64,000 bases of DNA from Felis catus (GCF_018350175.1 NC_058368.1:167836001-167900000), one strand, 5' to 3'. Positions 13,262-25,025 are shown, numbered from the stretch's first letter. Translations and numbers: made by a program. Notes: generated by a model not told the origin, from the letters alone.

Positions 13262-14829
13262 GTAATGTATTTTTGTACAATTCTGTAAAAGCAAGATGCT
13301 TTTGTATTCTTTTCTTTAAGAGAGATCTCAAATTGTTTAAACCTCAGGTCCTGAAAAATCCTGAATTTGTCCCTGATCCAACACAGAATATTCTGATTCA
13401 GTGGCTTTGGGGGTGGATATCAGGAAGCTGTATCTTTTTCTTTCCTATTTTTTAATGTCACCAAGTGATTTTGATGCATAGCCAGGTTTGGAAATCACTG
13501 ACGAAGGACTTACAGACTGATCAGTTTAATGAGTCCCTGACATCTAGGTAGTATTTCTACCTGGAGCTTTGCCACCATTGATTGGGACATAAACCATATA
13601 ACACTATGTAGTTTGGAAAAAGCTGACAATTGGCAACATTCACTTCCACATTGCAGTGATGAATCACATAACCCTCTGTGCCGAGTAATTAACTATCCAT
13701 TTGTATGTACTGGCTGTAGCGATATAGTTCTTTTCAAAGAGGAAGGAAGGGAATTTGGACATAACATTAACAGTTGTTAATACCAAGCAAATAGAGTAAA
13801 TTGGATTTATTAAAAAGAGTATGTGTGTGGATTTTTCCCTAGGAGTTGATATAATTTGTCTAGCTTTCTAATTATAGTTGGGACAGAAAATGGCTGAACC
13901 CCAAGACCTCTCACGGTATCTAATAAACTTTTACTTACAGGGAGAATATTTCTTGGGTTGGAGAATGACAAATAATTTACTAAGCTTTTCCTGAAAGATA
14001 GCTAAAGGTGTTTCACCTATATCTAGCTGATGAATTAGCTTTAGCTAATAATCAGTGTCATGAGACCGGGAAGAAGCAGCCTGTAATTACTTTGAAAGGA
14101 ATGAAGGAACAGATCTGATAAAGAAACTAAATCAGCTAATTCCTCTAGGGGTATACCGAGTGGGAGAGAAGCTCACCTCCCTGCCAGTTTAAAGTGAGGC
14201 AAAGACAGGGGGCATGGGAAGTTTTCACATGCCCGGCTTCCATTCCCACTTCCTGGTAACAAACCCTTAATTTTCCTTTCCAAAGGTGCACCATGGGGAC
14301 TGTAATCAAAGGTTCCCTCCCCTTCTCCAACATGCAGGTGGGCATGTGTCCCAAATCTGACTATAAGCATACTCACTTCCTAGTATGTGATTTCTGCCCA
14401 GAATGACTTAAGAAGTAAAACAGCTGGAGACACCCATCCTAGGGGAGGTTACCGAAGAGACTCTCATTAGTCCCAGCTATCTAGAGATCCCATGTTCTTA
14501 TCTTTCCCACAGCCTGATTCTGGGAGTTACCCCATCTTCTTCCAATAATTTCTTTGCTTTTGTTCTGGGTTTTGTTTTCACTTAAAGTAGTCTCTGTTGG
14601 TTTCTATAACTTGAATCTTAACTCATACAGAAAACTATGTGTATGACAACTCAGTTTTTTTCTACAATAACAAAAACCCCAGACAGATTCTCAACAATGC
14701 CCTGCTGAAAGAGTCACACCAGCAGAAAATAGAAACATGGCTCCGTAAATAAACATTGGTTTTGTTGGTAGATGTTACTAACATATCTGTACTCACTCTT
14801 GGGAGAATTAAAATAACTCTATTTAGTTC

Positions 14830-15960
14830 CACGATATCTTTTTAAATTTTTCAAATAATAACTCTATTGTTTGCACAAAAAATGGTTCAAGTTATTGTAA
14901 AAGTTAAATCAATGAAGGAAAGTACAATAACACTCTAAAATTATCCCAAATCCCATTATCCAGAAATACCATCACTAATACTTGGTAACCATTCTTCCAG
15001 CACCTTCTTCCACATATAGACAGAGCAAAAGAAAGAGAAAAATAATTTCAGAAATCTTGGAAATAATTATGCATGCTTTAAAAAAGTATTTAATTTGTTT
15101 TTACTTGAATTTAACCAAAGTAAAGAAATTGAATTGAAAAAGAATCATAGAACTTTGGTAAAATATTTCTTTACCAAGATAATTCTTAAAAGAGTCTACA
15201 TAAATTCAGAACAAAATGTATGAAAATATGAAGAATTTGGAGTCATTTAAAAGATTCTATACTTTACCTCAGACAAAAATCTATCAACTCCCTTCTAGAA
15301 AAAAAAATAAGAAAACTGGTAGGCATTTCTACCTCTTTCTTCTTCCTTTCATATTCATCACCTCTATTATTATTTTTACATTGTCAGGTTTCAGTGTTCC
15401 CACCTGCTTTAGTAACCACAAGTCTCTTGGTTGGTTTGCTCTGGTTCTGTATTAGGTGGATTAAATACCATGAGTTCCTTCATGATTTTTCTTTTTTCAT
15501 TCCTGAGGTCTTTTTTTGATTAATCTTTTGGGTGACTAGATACTATCTATAAGTAGTTTGTGTTTTTTTTTTAGAAAGATTCATCATATATTCCCTAAGT
15601 TCTGAATGCTTGAAAGACTGTTTGGCTTATGTTTAAGGAACAATATGGCTAAGTATTAAATTTGGGGGCATACTTATTTTTTACCTTCAGAGCTTTATAT
15701 ACAGGTGTTTCAGTGTTGTTGTGGAGAAACTAAGTCCAATCTGATTTCTTCCCTTTTATACGTGTCTTGTTTTAATGTCTGAAAGCTATATGATTCCTCC
15801 TTTATTTCTTAGGATCAATGTATTTATCAGGGAGTGTCTTTATTATTCTGCAGTGATTTATTTTCCTAGAACATGGAGGACACTCTTGATTGTTGTAGAT
15901 TTAGAACTCTTTAGATGCAGGATCCATGTGTTTCACTCTTGTTCTGTTGGCTTCACTTGT
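14830..15960 (-). mobile_element. Old L1M fragments
   Basis: T-rich degenerate L1 sequence (tgttgtggagaaactaagtccaatctgatttctt). Boundaries approximate. Confidence 0.55.
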
Positions 15961-16023
15961 TCCTCTCCCCCCCCCCCCCCCCCCCCCCCGCCTTGTAAAT
16001 GATGCACTCAAATAAAATGCTAG

Positions 16024-16112
16024 GTACAGACGCTGTAAATGGTCTTATGTTTGTTCCTTTTAAATTCTTCTTTGATTACCTGTGGCTGGCTATCTGTGTG
16101 CAATACTGGGAG
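16024..16112 (+). pseudogene. Pseudo-exon A, 89 nt, phase 0 to 2
   Basis: Strong donor GAG|gtgagt; weak acceptor (ctag, no pyrimidine tract). Reads VQTL*MVLCLFLLNSSLITCGWLSVCNTG(R). Its phase-2 end joins exon B to rebuild an AGG Arg codon. Confidence 0.55.
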
Positions 16113-16721
16113 GTGAGTAATAAGTTGGAACTAACTAAGAATCTTTGGGTCCAGTATCCTCACCACATGTCTGTTATTTCCTTTATCCTGACATACCTGT
16201 TCTTCTCTCGGATTTCTATGTTTAAGATGTTACGTGTTACTAATAACAAAACCATTTGAACCATTTTTGTGTTTAATTTTAGCACCTTCTTCTTCTCTCC
16301 CTCTTTCACCCATTTTGCTTCTGGAAGTCTCTTCTGTTCCAAAGCAAGGTGGCAGAAGATGGTGATGGCTCATCAACATGGTTTCTCCTTTGGTGACCTC
16401 TCACTCAACACTTTTGGGATGTAAAATTGGGACTCTACATGGGCATAGAGATTCATGGCTTGAATCAATGAATTGTCGCTATCCCTTTCTAAATGGGATA
16501 TACCTATTACATGTTAATCACAGGTATCCCCCCAAATTTTTTTAAGAATTGTGAGGTTTGAATCAATAATGTTGACAAAAGAGAATTCTTAAACTGTAGA
16601 CTAATTTGGCTAATATTTATTTTATGATTACTACACACAAAATAACAAGCGAGATAAAAAGATGAGTAAAACAGAGTCCTTGTCCTTGCTTTCAGTGCGA
16701 TAGGGAGAATAAATTACATAC

Positions 16722-16934
16722 ATTTTTAATGTTATTTATTTATTTATTTTGAGAGAGTGAGAGAGAAAGCATGAGCAGGGGAGGGACAGAGAGAGAGAAG
16801 GAGAGAGAGAATCCCAAATAGGCTCCACACTCATCATGGAGCCCAATGCAGGGCTCTGTCTCAGCATTGTGAGATCAGGACCTGAGCCAAAATCAAGACT
16901 CAGACACTTAACCAACAGCCATCCAGGTGCTCCT
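16722..16934 (-). mobile_element. Can-SINE
   Basis: SINE consensus in reverse orientation. Confidence 0.9.
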
Positions 16935-16939
16935 CATCT

Positions 16940-18150
16940 TTTGTATTTTTTAAATGTTCCTACAAATAGTTCAAATCCCCATCCATATTTTTCCAAAAGC
17001 TCAAAAAAATAAATCAACTGAATAGTTCCATTACCCAACTACACCATCCTGTCTCCATGCCCTCTCTTCTGACGTCCTTCAAACTCCTGCTTGTAAGATT
17101 TCCTCTTTCAGCTCTCCTATGGGTCCGATGTCTTCTCCTTACCATGCTTATTCATTTTTGTGATGAAACACATTTTTTAAAGGGTTAGTGGGAGACAAAA
17201 TTTGAGTCCTTAAATTCCTAAAATCACCTTTATTTTACTCTCACAATTAATTGTTGGGCATTGTATAGAAGTCTAGATTGAAAACCTTTTCTCCTTAGTT
17301 GTGAAGCCACTGCTTCACTGTTTTCTAGCTTCCCATATTGCTTTTTTCTCCAGCTTTATTGAGATATAACTGACATAGAACATTGTGTAAGCTTAATGCA
17401 TACAATGTGTTGATTTGATATACTTAAAATAGTGCAAAATGGTTACCATCCATATAGCTTTTAAGAGATTTGGTGTCACTCTTACTTTTTATCGGAAACA
17501 TCGATCTTACCTTCTTAGGAAACTTCTAGAATCCCCTTTTCATCCTTGGCAATCTAAATTTTCAAGATGATTTGCCTTCATGTAAATCTATTTTTATACA
17601 TGGTGCTGGATATTTGGTGGGCCCATTCAATCTGGAAACTCAGGTCCTTTCTTTCATAGCAGGCTGTTCTTTGTCAAGGAAGGAAGTGCTCTTCTTATTT
17701 CTGAGAATAGTACTTACAGTTTTTGAAGTCTTCTTCTGCTATCTGCATTGCCTCTGTTTTCTCTTAGCCTAATTTCTCTGTTTGTTTTAATATCTCTCTT
17801 CTATGTTGGATGCTTTTCTCAACAGTCTGGCCATCTAAGGATCTTTGGCCATATCACTTGGGGTTTCTAGAGTACCTAATGCCTCTGAAGGCTAAGCCTT
17901 GCCAGGGTTCTGCAGGCCAAGAAGCTCACCTGTTATGGAGTCCCTCTCTAAAAACATTTGGGTTGTGAATTCCCCTGCTTTTGTTAAGATGGTTAGCACT
18001 CCTTCTTATTTCTGATTTCTAATAATGTGTTGACATCTCTCATCCTTTCTTATCTCCTTTCCTATTTTCTCTGTCTAAAAAAATCCCTTTAACATCGTTT
18101 TAGCAAGATTTTACAACAAAGAAAAGATTAATGCACGTGGTCTGTTGGCT
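16940..18150 (-). mobile_element. Old L1M fragments, including a short L1 3' end at about 17345-17450
   Basis: cagctttattgagatataactgacatagaacattgtgtaag is an L1 3' terminus in reverse; flanks are degenerate T-rich L1. Confidence 0.55.
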
Positions 18151-18213
18151 ATTTTAATTGGTGAGAAAAATCATGGGAAAGGTATGGTCTTTCCTAATTG
18201 TTCCCCGTTTTAG

Positions 18214-18373
18214 GCATTCATTAAAAGTTGCTTCCTCTGAGCTTGAATGAAATATATCATTAAAGGAAAGGTCAGTTTCTTTACATGTGTATGTGTTACA
18301 TACCCAGTCTATTAAAGGCACAGTAAAAGCAGGACAACTCAGCATCAAGGGTGAGCAGTATATCCTGGAAAAT
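18214..18373 (+). pseudogene. Pseudo-exon B, 160 nt, phase 2 to 0
   Basis: ctaat branch point, ttccccgttttag acceptor, AAT|gtaagt donor. 53 codons with one TGA: HSLKVASSELE*NISLKERSVSLHVYVLHTQSIKGTVKAGQLSIKGEQYILEN. Resembles APOB (R)YELKLAIPE..YILNIKRGIISA and vitellogenin RGILNMFQMTIKKSQNVYELQE. Confidence 0.75.
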
Positions 18374-18979
18374 GTAAGTAAACCTTCTAATTAAACAATA
18401 ATACCTTTTTAGTTATTCCTGGCCCCTGACCTATTATTTTCTCCATATTTAATATTACTCTACTTTAAATTTAGATTAATCCATATGGTTAATAGATTGT
18501 TTAAAAAACATCTATTGGGATGCACTTTAACTATTTTATCAAGTGGAATACTGTATTTACCACTGAGTTAAACAACATCTGAAATTAAATCCCAGATGCT
18601 GGAAAATTCTCCATATATTCTCAAGGAATAGTTTCTGTAATTTGGCTGTTTCCTTCCTAATATATTTGAAACACTTTTTCTGGTTTCACCAACACCTTAA
18701 TAGATGAAATGTTTTTATTTTAAGATATTTGAAAACAAGTAAGTAAACACCTGGTATTTTATGCAAAAGAATATTTTCAGTAAAGAAACCATTTTTGCTA
18801 ACATAAGTGTATTAGCATGACTTGCTCAGTGCATCTTTTTAGAGATAGAATTCCACTTGGTTAATTGTAGCAAATCTTAATGGAATAGTATTGTGCTTCC
18901 ATTCACTTCATTGCATCATCTATCCACAATATATGCCAATATATGCAATAGTCATTAAATTCAGCCAACTTTTTTTCAG

Positions 18980-19038
18980 GTCCAAAGAGAAAGATGTCTT
19001 CAAAAAAGTAGCCTATGAGTGACATTTCCCTCAAATCG
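18980..19038 (+). pseudogene. Pseudo-exon C, 59 nt
   Basis: aactttttttcag acceptor and TCG|gtaata donor. Stops in all three frames. One 1-nt frameshift (e.g. in the A6 run) gives VQRERCLQKVAYE*HFPQI(D) and links phase-0 exon B to phase-1 exon D. Confidence 0.55.
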
Positions 19039-19265
19039 GTAATATCATAAGTATTTATATATACAGTTATAAACAAACTATTATTAGTTTAAGAAATGCA
19101 ATTTATACTCAGCGATAATAGCTTTAAAAGTTAAAAAGCAGAATTTACACATTTTAGTTCTCTGGAATTTTATGCTTTCAACAAAAATAAAATGTTCTAA
19201 CTAAAGAATATCAGGTAAGATAATTCTCTATTTACTAATCATTGCATTTCTTTTTTTTTTTTTAG

Positions 19266-19456
19266 ATATGTATACAGAATGTAGTAACCACTATGCGACT
19301 AAAAATTATTTGTGTGCACTAAATAAATTACTTTTAAGAACTGTTCAGATGCCAGGAAATGAAAGATTTTAAATAAAATTATATCCCCCAAAGCTTCTAT
19401 TTAAGTTAAACGCTTCGCATTTATTGAAGCTTCTTACAAAATCTACTGAATTTCAG
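19266..19456 (+). pseudogene. Pseudo-exon D, 191 nt, phase 1 to 0
   Basis: tactaat branch point, T-tract + ag, CAG|gtaatg donor. One stop in 63 codons: (D)MYTECSNHYATKNYLCALNKLLLRTVQMPGNERF*IKLYPPKLLFKLNASHLLKLLTKSTEFQ. Same register fits APOB VYGNCSTHFTVK...DRFK and vitellogenin C..RY...RTVDL...LTKGT. Confidence 0.75.
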
Positions 19457-19916
19457 GTAATGATTTCTTTTTAAGATGAACCCTATAAAAGCAGAAAGTA
19501 GCACTCATAGAGGGGAACCAACAAAGTGGAATGTAGTTAGTTTCTAGAACATTTTTATTAGATGCTAAATAGAGAAAGCCTCTCCAGAGACAGCATTACA
19601 TCTCAGGGGATTAGAAGATTTGTAAAGCTACTATCCTCTCCTAATGAAGGGCTTATCTACTACAAAATATTTTCAGTCATAACATTCAGAGTATATTATC
19701 ATATCCATGAACATAAGCTGTATTTCAGACTGTAATCAGGCATGGTACTGTATGTTTTAATAAGATTCATATAATATCTGTAACTGTTCTTTAGCATATT
19801 ATGAATTTTATTAACCCAGATAAAGTACTCTCTCATTAATATGGAATTGTGGGAAAGAGAGTTCCATATAAAATAAAGAGGTAGCAGACATTTACTACTT
19901 TACAACAAATTAATTG

Positions 19917-19980
19917 ATGTGAAGTTGCCATATTTATGGGTCAAAAATTATTAAATATGGCAATTCTATATGGTTCAACA
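19917..19980. mobile_element. Partial MADE2-like mariner MITE
   Basis: atgtgaagttgcc...ggtcaaaaa...ggcaattctatatggttcaac. Confidence 0.6.
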
Positions 19981-20876
19981 TTTATATACCAAATTATTCT
20001 TATTTTAACTATTTTGGAGAAAAATAGTTCTGGAAAATTTTTACAGATTTCTTTATCTTTTAAAATAGCATTTATTGTATCTAGTCAAACTTTTCCTTGG
20101 TTATCATGACTTTACTCTACTATAATAAGCCAGGAACAGAATTATAGAAGGGCTCTTTAGTAAGCCCACATGCCTAATGGGTGACGTAGGTAAACTAAAT
20201 GAACAAAGTTGCTTTATTACATTATTTGACACAATCTGTTTGCATATTACACACAGAAATATTCTTTTCCTCCTTAAAAAAATGTAGTTGTTCCCTTTCT
20301 TTCTACACCACTCAGCCCACAAAGCCTGTTTCCCCCCATTCCTCCCTTTGATGGAGACTCAGATGTCACAAATATTTTGCTCAGTTTCTTTTAAACCAGA
20401 CTGTTAAAAATACATATATGCAAAGATAAGTGGCAGCCAGCACGAAGCCTCACTGCTGGGGAGACAGTAGGGCTGAGTGGCGATTGTGAAGATCAAAATG
20501 GCCTCCCTAAATGATGGAGGGTTGGCAAACTGGATAGATACCCCATACACTGCAGTCAATTGGAACTGCCAAGAGCTAATGCCTTTTAGGAATGTAAATC
20601 AGTGCTGCTGGATCTTCAATCTTTAAGAGAGGCTTGAAATCAATTTTTTAGAATGTGAATCTGTTACTTAAGTGTTAGCAACTGAAAAAAACAAACAAAC
20701 AAAAAACACTGTGCAGATCAACCTAATGGGAGCTAAACAAAACATATCTGTGAGATGAATATGGCCTATTAAGCACAACTGTGGAATCTCTGCTCTAGTT
20801 GGTCTCATACTATGCTGTGTGGTTTTAGGTCTTTCTACGTATTTCTCTCTTCCCTGTTGTCATAGCTATTTTTCAG

Positions 20877-20981
20877 TGCCTCCTTAGATTGTTGGACAGC
20901 TTGAGAAATCAGATAATCTCACGTGTCACAACAGTATATAAAGTTGGAATGAATGGGCTCTACAGGAGTAAAGGACAAGAG
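20877..20981 (+). pseudogene. Pseudo-exon E, 105 nt, phase 0 to 0
   Basis: Pyrimidine-rich tract ending tttcag; weak donor GAG|gtttct. Open frame CLLRLLDSLRNQIISRVTTVYKVGMNGLYRSKGQE resembles vitellogenin YKLKQSDSGTLITDVSSRQVYQI. Confidence 0.55.
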
Positions 20982-21487
20982 GTTTCTTTGAAGATAACTT
21001 AATTTTAATTTAATTTATTGATTTCAACGTGACATCACAGTATGGGTTTTAAAGAAATATTTACTATTGATGCAGTACTAATGCAATTAGGAATGTAAGA
21101 GAGACTGGCAAGCAGAATAGTGCCATGCACTCTAACCCTATCACAGCATCCCCCGTTTAGGGTAGGAGTTGCAGTCAAAATCGTTAACACTGTGAGATTT
21201 CAAACAGCTAGGTTAGGATTATCTTTCAGCACGCAAGCAAAAAGCATGGTAACTCACAGTCTATTTTCTTCCTTCCATAAAGTAGAAAGCTATCTGAAGA
21301 TGATGCACTCTTAAAAACCATCTAAAAATATCTTCTCATACTTTCTTCTCATCTGCCTTTATTTATTTTTTAAAAGTTCTTATTATGGAAATTTAAAAAC
21401 AAAAGTAAGAGATTTTATGCATGTACTTTGTGGTATCTATTTTAATTGCACAAAGTGTTTTTTTTTTTTTTTTATGATAACTTGCAG

Positions 21488-22039
21488 GCTTCTGGTTTGT
21501 GTTCTAGTTGAAGTTGGTTGGTAATTGATCTCCAGACAATTGAAATTTTACTGTAGTTTAATAAAAAGCATCATTCATGGCATTGCCTGAACAAAAAGTG
21601 AAGAGAACAGAAATCTGTGTTTTATCTCAGTAATTTATGAGGCTGAAGAACTTTCCTTCAACCTATTTCATCAACCTTTATATATAAAAATGAAAACCAT
21701 TAAGTAGTTTTGATTTTGTCTCTGTAACTCGATTTATAATCGAAGTTTAAAGAAAAAGATTTAGGCAACAAACTTCTGGAAAATATTTCCCATTTCACAG
21801 ACCTTTTAGTGAGACATTCCCCCTAACACTTCAGATTTTCAACTTAAGCAATTTTAGTTTTCCTTGATATTTCAAAGAATTTAAATTTAGAAAGAAACTA
21901 TCATTGCATATAGTTAATTGAGGTACATTTATAGTGGCAGCAGTAGCCAGTCACATAATAATTATTGAAAAAAATTATTTACTGAGCACCTTCAAGGTAG
22001 ATTAAACACAGTATTTCAGCCTCACTATACGGTTGCACA
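21488..22039 (+). pseudogene. Degraded block F/G (end of N-sheet, start of helical domain); may be one exon or two (alternative acceptor at 21800)
   Basis: T-tract...ttgcag acceptor; donor reconstructs to ACA|gtaagt after removing the MADE2 element. Many stops and frameshifts. Motifs SVIYE, ST*AILVFLD, PVT**LLKKI and ASLYG resemble LLTP helical-domain segments. Confidence 0.5.
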
Positions 22040-22042
22040 GTA

Positions 22043-22112
22043 TTAGTTTGAACCCCATGAAATTGCTATTTTGGTAGACCAAATACCAGCAATTGCAAAT
22101 GATTCAACCTAA
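22043..22112. mobile_element. MADE2-like mariner MITE
   Basis: Inverted termini ttagtttgaacc...gattcaacctaa flanked by a TA duplication (22041-42, 22113-14). Confidence 0.85.
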
Positions 22113-22119
22113 TAAGTAA

Positions 22120-22257
22120 TATTAGCATGAGTCTTATATCACAGCAAAGAAAACTAAGCAGATGCTGGTAGAATGAGCTATCCAAAGCCACGCAGCTCGT
22201 TAACAACAAAGCTAGGATTCACAACCAGGTCCAGCTGGTCCCAAAGTCTGTATTCTT
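22120..22257 (-). mobile_element. MIR
   Basis: gaaaactaagcag...ccaaagccacgcagct...agctaggattcacaaccaggtc MIR core. Confidence 0.7.
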
Positions 22258-22354
22258 ATGTGGTGGGGGAACCTGATGACAGGTGTAGGCAAAACTAAGG
22301 GGAAAAGGGAGAAGACAGTACCTTAACTGTAAGAGTTTTTATCATTTGCTTAAG

Positions 22355-22636
22355 CGGAAAATAATAATATCAATATTAACCAGGAAAAATAGAAACCATC
22401 ATACCACAAAGTGCAAAATGATTGGACATTTGCTTTCTCACCATGACTTGAGCTTTACTGTTGCAACTTCAGAAGCAATTTTGCACTGTTCCTATTCATT
22501 CCCCCAGAACAGATTTCCTGAGGCCATTAGGGTACCATGTCAAGAGTTGGTAGGAGGGAAGCCTTGGTCACATGATCCAAGGACTACAAGGGCAAATTTC
22601 TCCAATGCATTTATAAACACACATTTGCAAGAGTAA
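22355..22636 (+). pseudogene. Degraded block H (helical domain)
   Basis: cttaac branch point and tttttatcatttgcttaag acceptor, in frame with ORF 22346-22636. KMIGHL...SEAILHCSYS resembles APOB RVIGNM...KSSILKCVQS. 3' end uncertain (possible donor after 22531). Confidence 0.55.
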
Positions 22637-22689
22637 CATTGTGACTTTGATAATCAGTTTATTCACTATAAAAGAATGAACTTCCAAAG

Positions 22690-23110
22690 CATTAATGACT
22701 CTAAGCCTCCATACCTCTCCAGAGCTCCAGTGCATTTTTGCATCTGGGGGTTCCCCTAAATTTTCCAGAGGTATTCAAATGCAACATGTCTAAAAATAAA
22801 CTCAGCATTCTTGACTCCAAACCTCTCATTCTTCCTATTCCTTATCAGGTGATGGCACCAATAAGTTGCCCAGATCAGAGCCGGGAGGGTCATCCTTTGC
22901 TTTTCCTCTTCCTTGGCCTTCATATTCAATCAGTAACCTAGGACTGATTCTGTCTCTTGAACAGCTCTTCAGTCTTCCCCAATCTCTCCATCTCAAAAGC
23001 CTCTATTCTAATTTGGATCCTCATCATCTCTTGCTAACCAGTGACCCAGTCTAACTGGTTTCCCTGCCTCCAGGCTCACCCCCACTTCAATCTAGCCTTC
23101 ACATAAAGAA
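22690..23110 (+). mobile_element. L2 LINE fragment
   Basis: tcaaatgcaacatgtctaaaaataaactc...ctaactggtttccctgcctcca. Confidence 0.7.
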
Positions 23111-23143
23111 AGCTTTCCGATATGTTCACTCTCTAGTTTCTAG

Positions 23144-23700
23144 TCATATCAAGCTGTTTAAAAAGATGAAAAACCACCTTCTTAACTTGCATATGCTAAT
23201 TTGGGGCTTGAACCCAAAGAAAGGCAGGGGCATAATAACTACTAGATAAGTCTATTTCGTGGCAGGTAAGTAACACCCACTGACAATAAAGCTGGGCCTA
23301 TTTACCTAGGTTCTTGTTTAAAAAAATTTTTTTTTGTTTATTTTATTTTTGAGAGAAAGAGACAGAGCGTGAGCAGGAAAGGAACAGAGAGAGAGGGAGA
23401 CACAGAATCTGAAGCAGGCTCCAGGCTCTGAGCTGTCAGCACACAGCCCAACACAGGGTTCAAACACACGAACCGTGAGATCATGCATGACCTGAACTGA
23501 AGACAGACGCTTAACAAACTGAGTCACCCAGGCATCTCTTTACTTAGGTTCTTAAGGGAGTGTTTACTTATGCCAATAATCAAATATCATAGCAAAAACC
23601 AAGTGTATTTTCCCTAAATAAAGTCCTAAAGGATTAAAGGTACAAAACAATAACAACAGCTACAATTTCAATGCTTATGTCACTTCTATGAATTTAACAT
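23144..23700 (+). pseudogene. Degraded blocks I/J (helical domain), with a SINE between them
   Basis: Perfect CAG|gtaagt donor after 23265. LAYANLGLEPK and LLDKSISWQ resemble vitellogenin LALRNIAKKEPK and LADQSLPPE. From 23593, QKPSVFSLNKVLKD* resembles APOB RSPSQADINKIVQIL. Confidence 0.5.
23316..23538 (-). mobile_element. Can-SINE
   Basis: TSD tttac(c/t)taggttctt at 23301 and 23539. Confidence 0.95.
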
Positions 23701-24146
23701 AAGCTGAGTTGTTATTAGACTTCCAGCAGACTGCTAAAGAACCTTGAATTCTGCTGAAGTACTTCCAGATACTACACCAATTCCAGGGGTGGAGCAGAAG
23801 GAGGAAGAGGATGAAAAACAGCAGCAGAGAGAGAAGAGAAAGGGGAAACTCTAAGTAAGTCAGATCCCTGGTACCTGCTTCCAATCCAAACAGGGTAGCT
23901 CAACATTTTTTTTTAAGCTAAATATACTGTGGCTCTTCATCAGATTTAATGATAAAAGGGCAACAATGCTTAAGATAGTAGTTTAAAAGTTACTTACTGC
24001 TCTATAGTCTAAAAATTTACAGTAGATGAAAAATACTTCAATTTAATGTGTAGTAATTAATTGTTTATGTAAAAAACAGCTTTTCACTAAATAATCATTA
24101 ACATAAAACCTATCCTTCTTCCATATAAAACGATCTTTAGTGTGTC

Positions 24147-24367
24147 TTTTTAAAAAAAATTTTTAAAATGTTTTTATTTATTTTTGAGACAGAGAGAGAC
24201 AGAGCATGAGCAGGGCAGGGGCAGAGAGAGAGGGAGACACAGAATATGAAGCAGGCCCCAGGCTCTGAGCTGTCAGCACAGAACCCGACGCAGGGCTCGA
24301 ACTCACAGACTGAGATCGTGACCTGAGCTGAAGTCAGATGCTTAACCCAGAGCCACCCAGGCGCCCC
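24147..24367 (-). mobile_element. Can-SINE
   Basis: SINE consensus in reverse orientation. Confidence 0.95.
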
Positions 24368-24438
24368 CTTTTCTGTGTCTTCTTAAAGATTTTCTGCTTA
24401 CAGGATACTTAATATATTTCTAAAAAGAGTTTATCCCA

Positions 24439-24660
24439 GGGGCGCCTGGGTGGCTCAGTTGAGCGGCTGACTTCACCTCAGGTCATGATCTCCTGGTTTC
24501 AGTTTGAGCCCCGCACTGGGCTCTGTGCTGACAGCTCTGAGCCTGGAGTCTGCTTTGGATTTTGTGTCTCCCTCTCTCTCTGCACCTCCCCGACTTGTGC
24601 TCTGTCCTGCTCTGTCTCTCAAAAAATAAATAAATGTTAAATAAAATAAAATAAAATCAG
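24439..24660 (+). mobile_element. Can-SINE inserted in pseudogene block K
   Basis: TSD aagagtttatccca at 24425 and 24661. Confidence 0.95.
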
Positions 24661-24784
24661 AAGAGTTTATCCCAAACTGAAGACTTTATCCAACATTATT
24701 CTGATAAATTCCTTTTGCTTTGATTTCTCACAGGCTCTACTTTTGATTATCAAACAAGAGTACTCTTAAAACAAGGTGCGTGGA

Positions 24785-25025
24785 GGGGCCCCTGTGTGGC
24801 TCAGTCAGTTAAGCCTCTTTAATCGATTTCAGCTCAGGTCATGATCTCATAGTTTGTGGGTTCGAGCCCCACTTTGAGCTCAGTGCTGACAGTGCAAGCT
24901 TGCTTAGGATTCTCAGCCTCCTGCTTTCTCTGTCCCATCCCCACCACTTAACACCAGCATGCACACACTCTCTCAAAAATAAATAAACATTAAAAAAACA
25001 AACAAACGACCCCCCTAAAAAACCC
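24785..25025 (+). mobile_element. Can-SINE inserted in pseudogene block K
   Basis: TSD caaggtg(c/t)gtgga at 24772 and 25026. Confidence 0.9.

Noticed and set aside
18214..20981. Short resemblances to IL26 (FIKSC, KVGMNGLY), TSLP (TKSTEF) and LEG1/C6orf58 (GQLS, LYPPK)
   Set aside because: Isolated, in inconsistent frames or order, and incompatible with those genes' exon structures. They also show that by-eye matches can be chance, which is why the LLTP call is held at moderate confidence.
21488..21922. Assignment to MTTP itself (LSNL*..RTFLQP, *AILVFLD)
   Set aside because: Other blocks fit vitellogenin or APOB better, the introns differ from MTTP, and alternative frames here give competing alignments.
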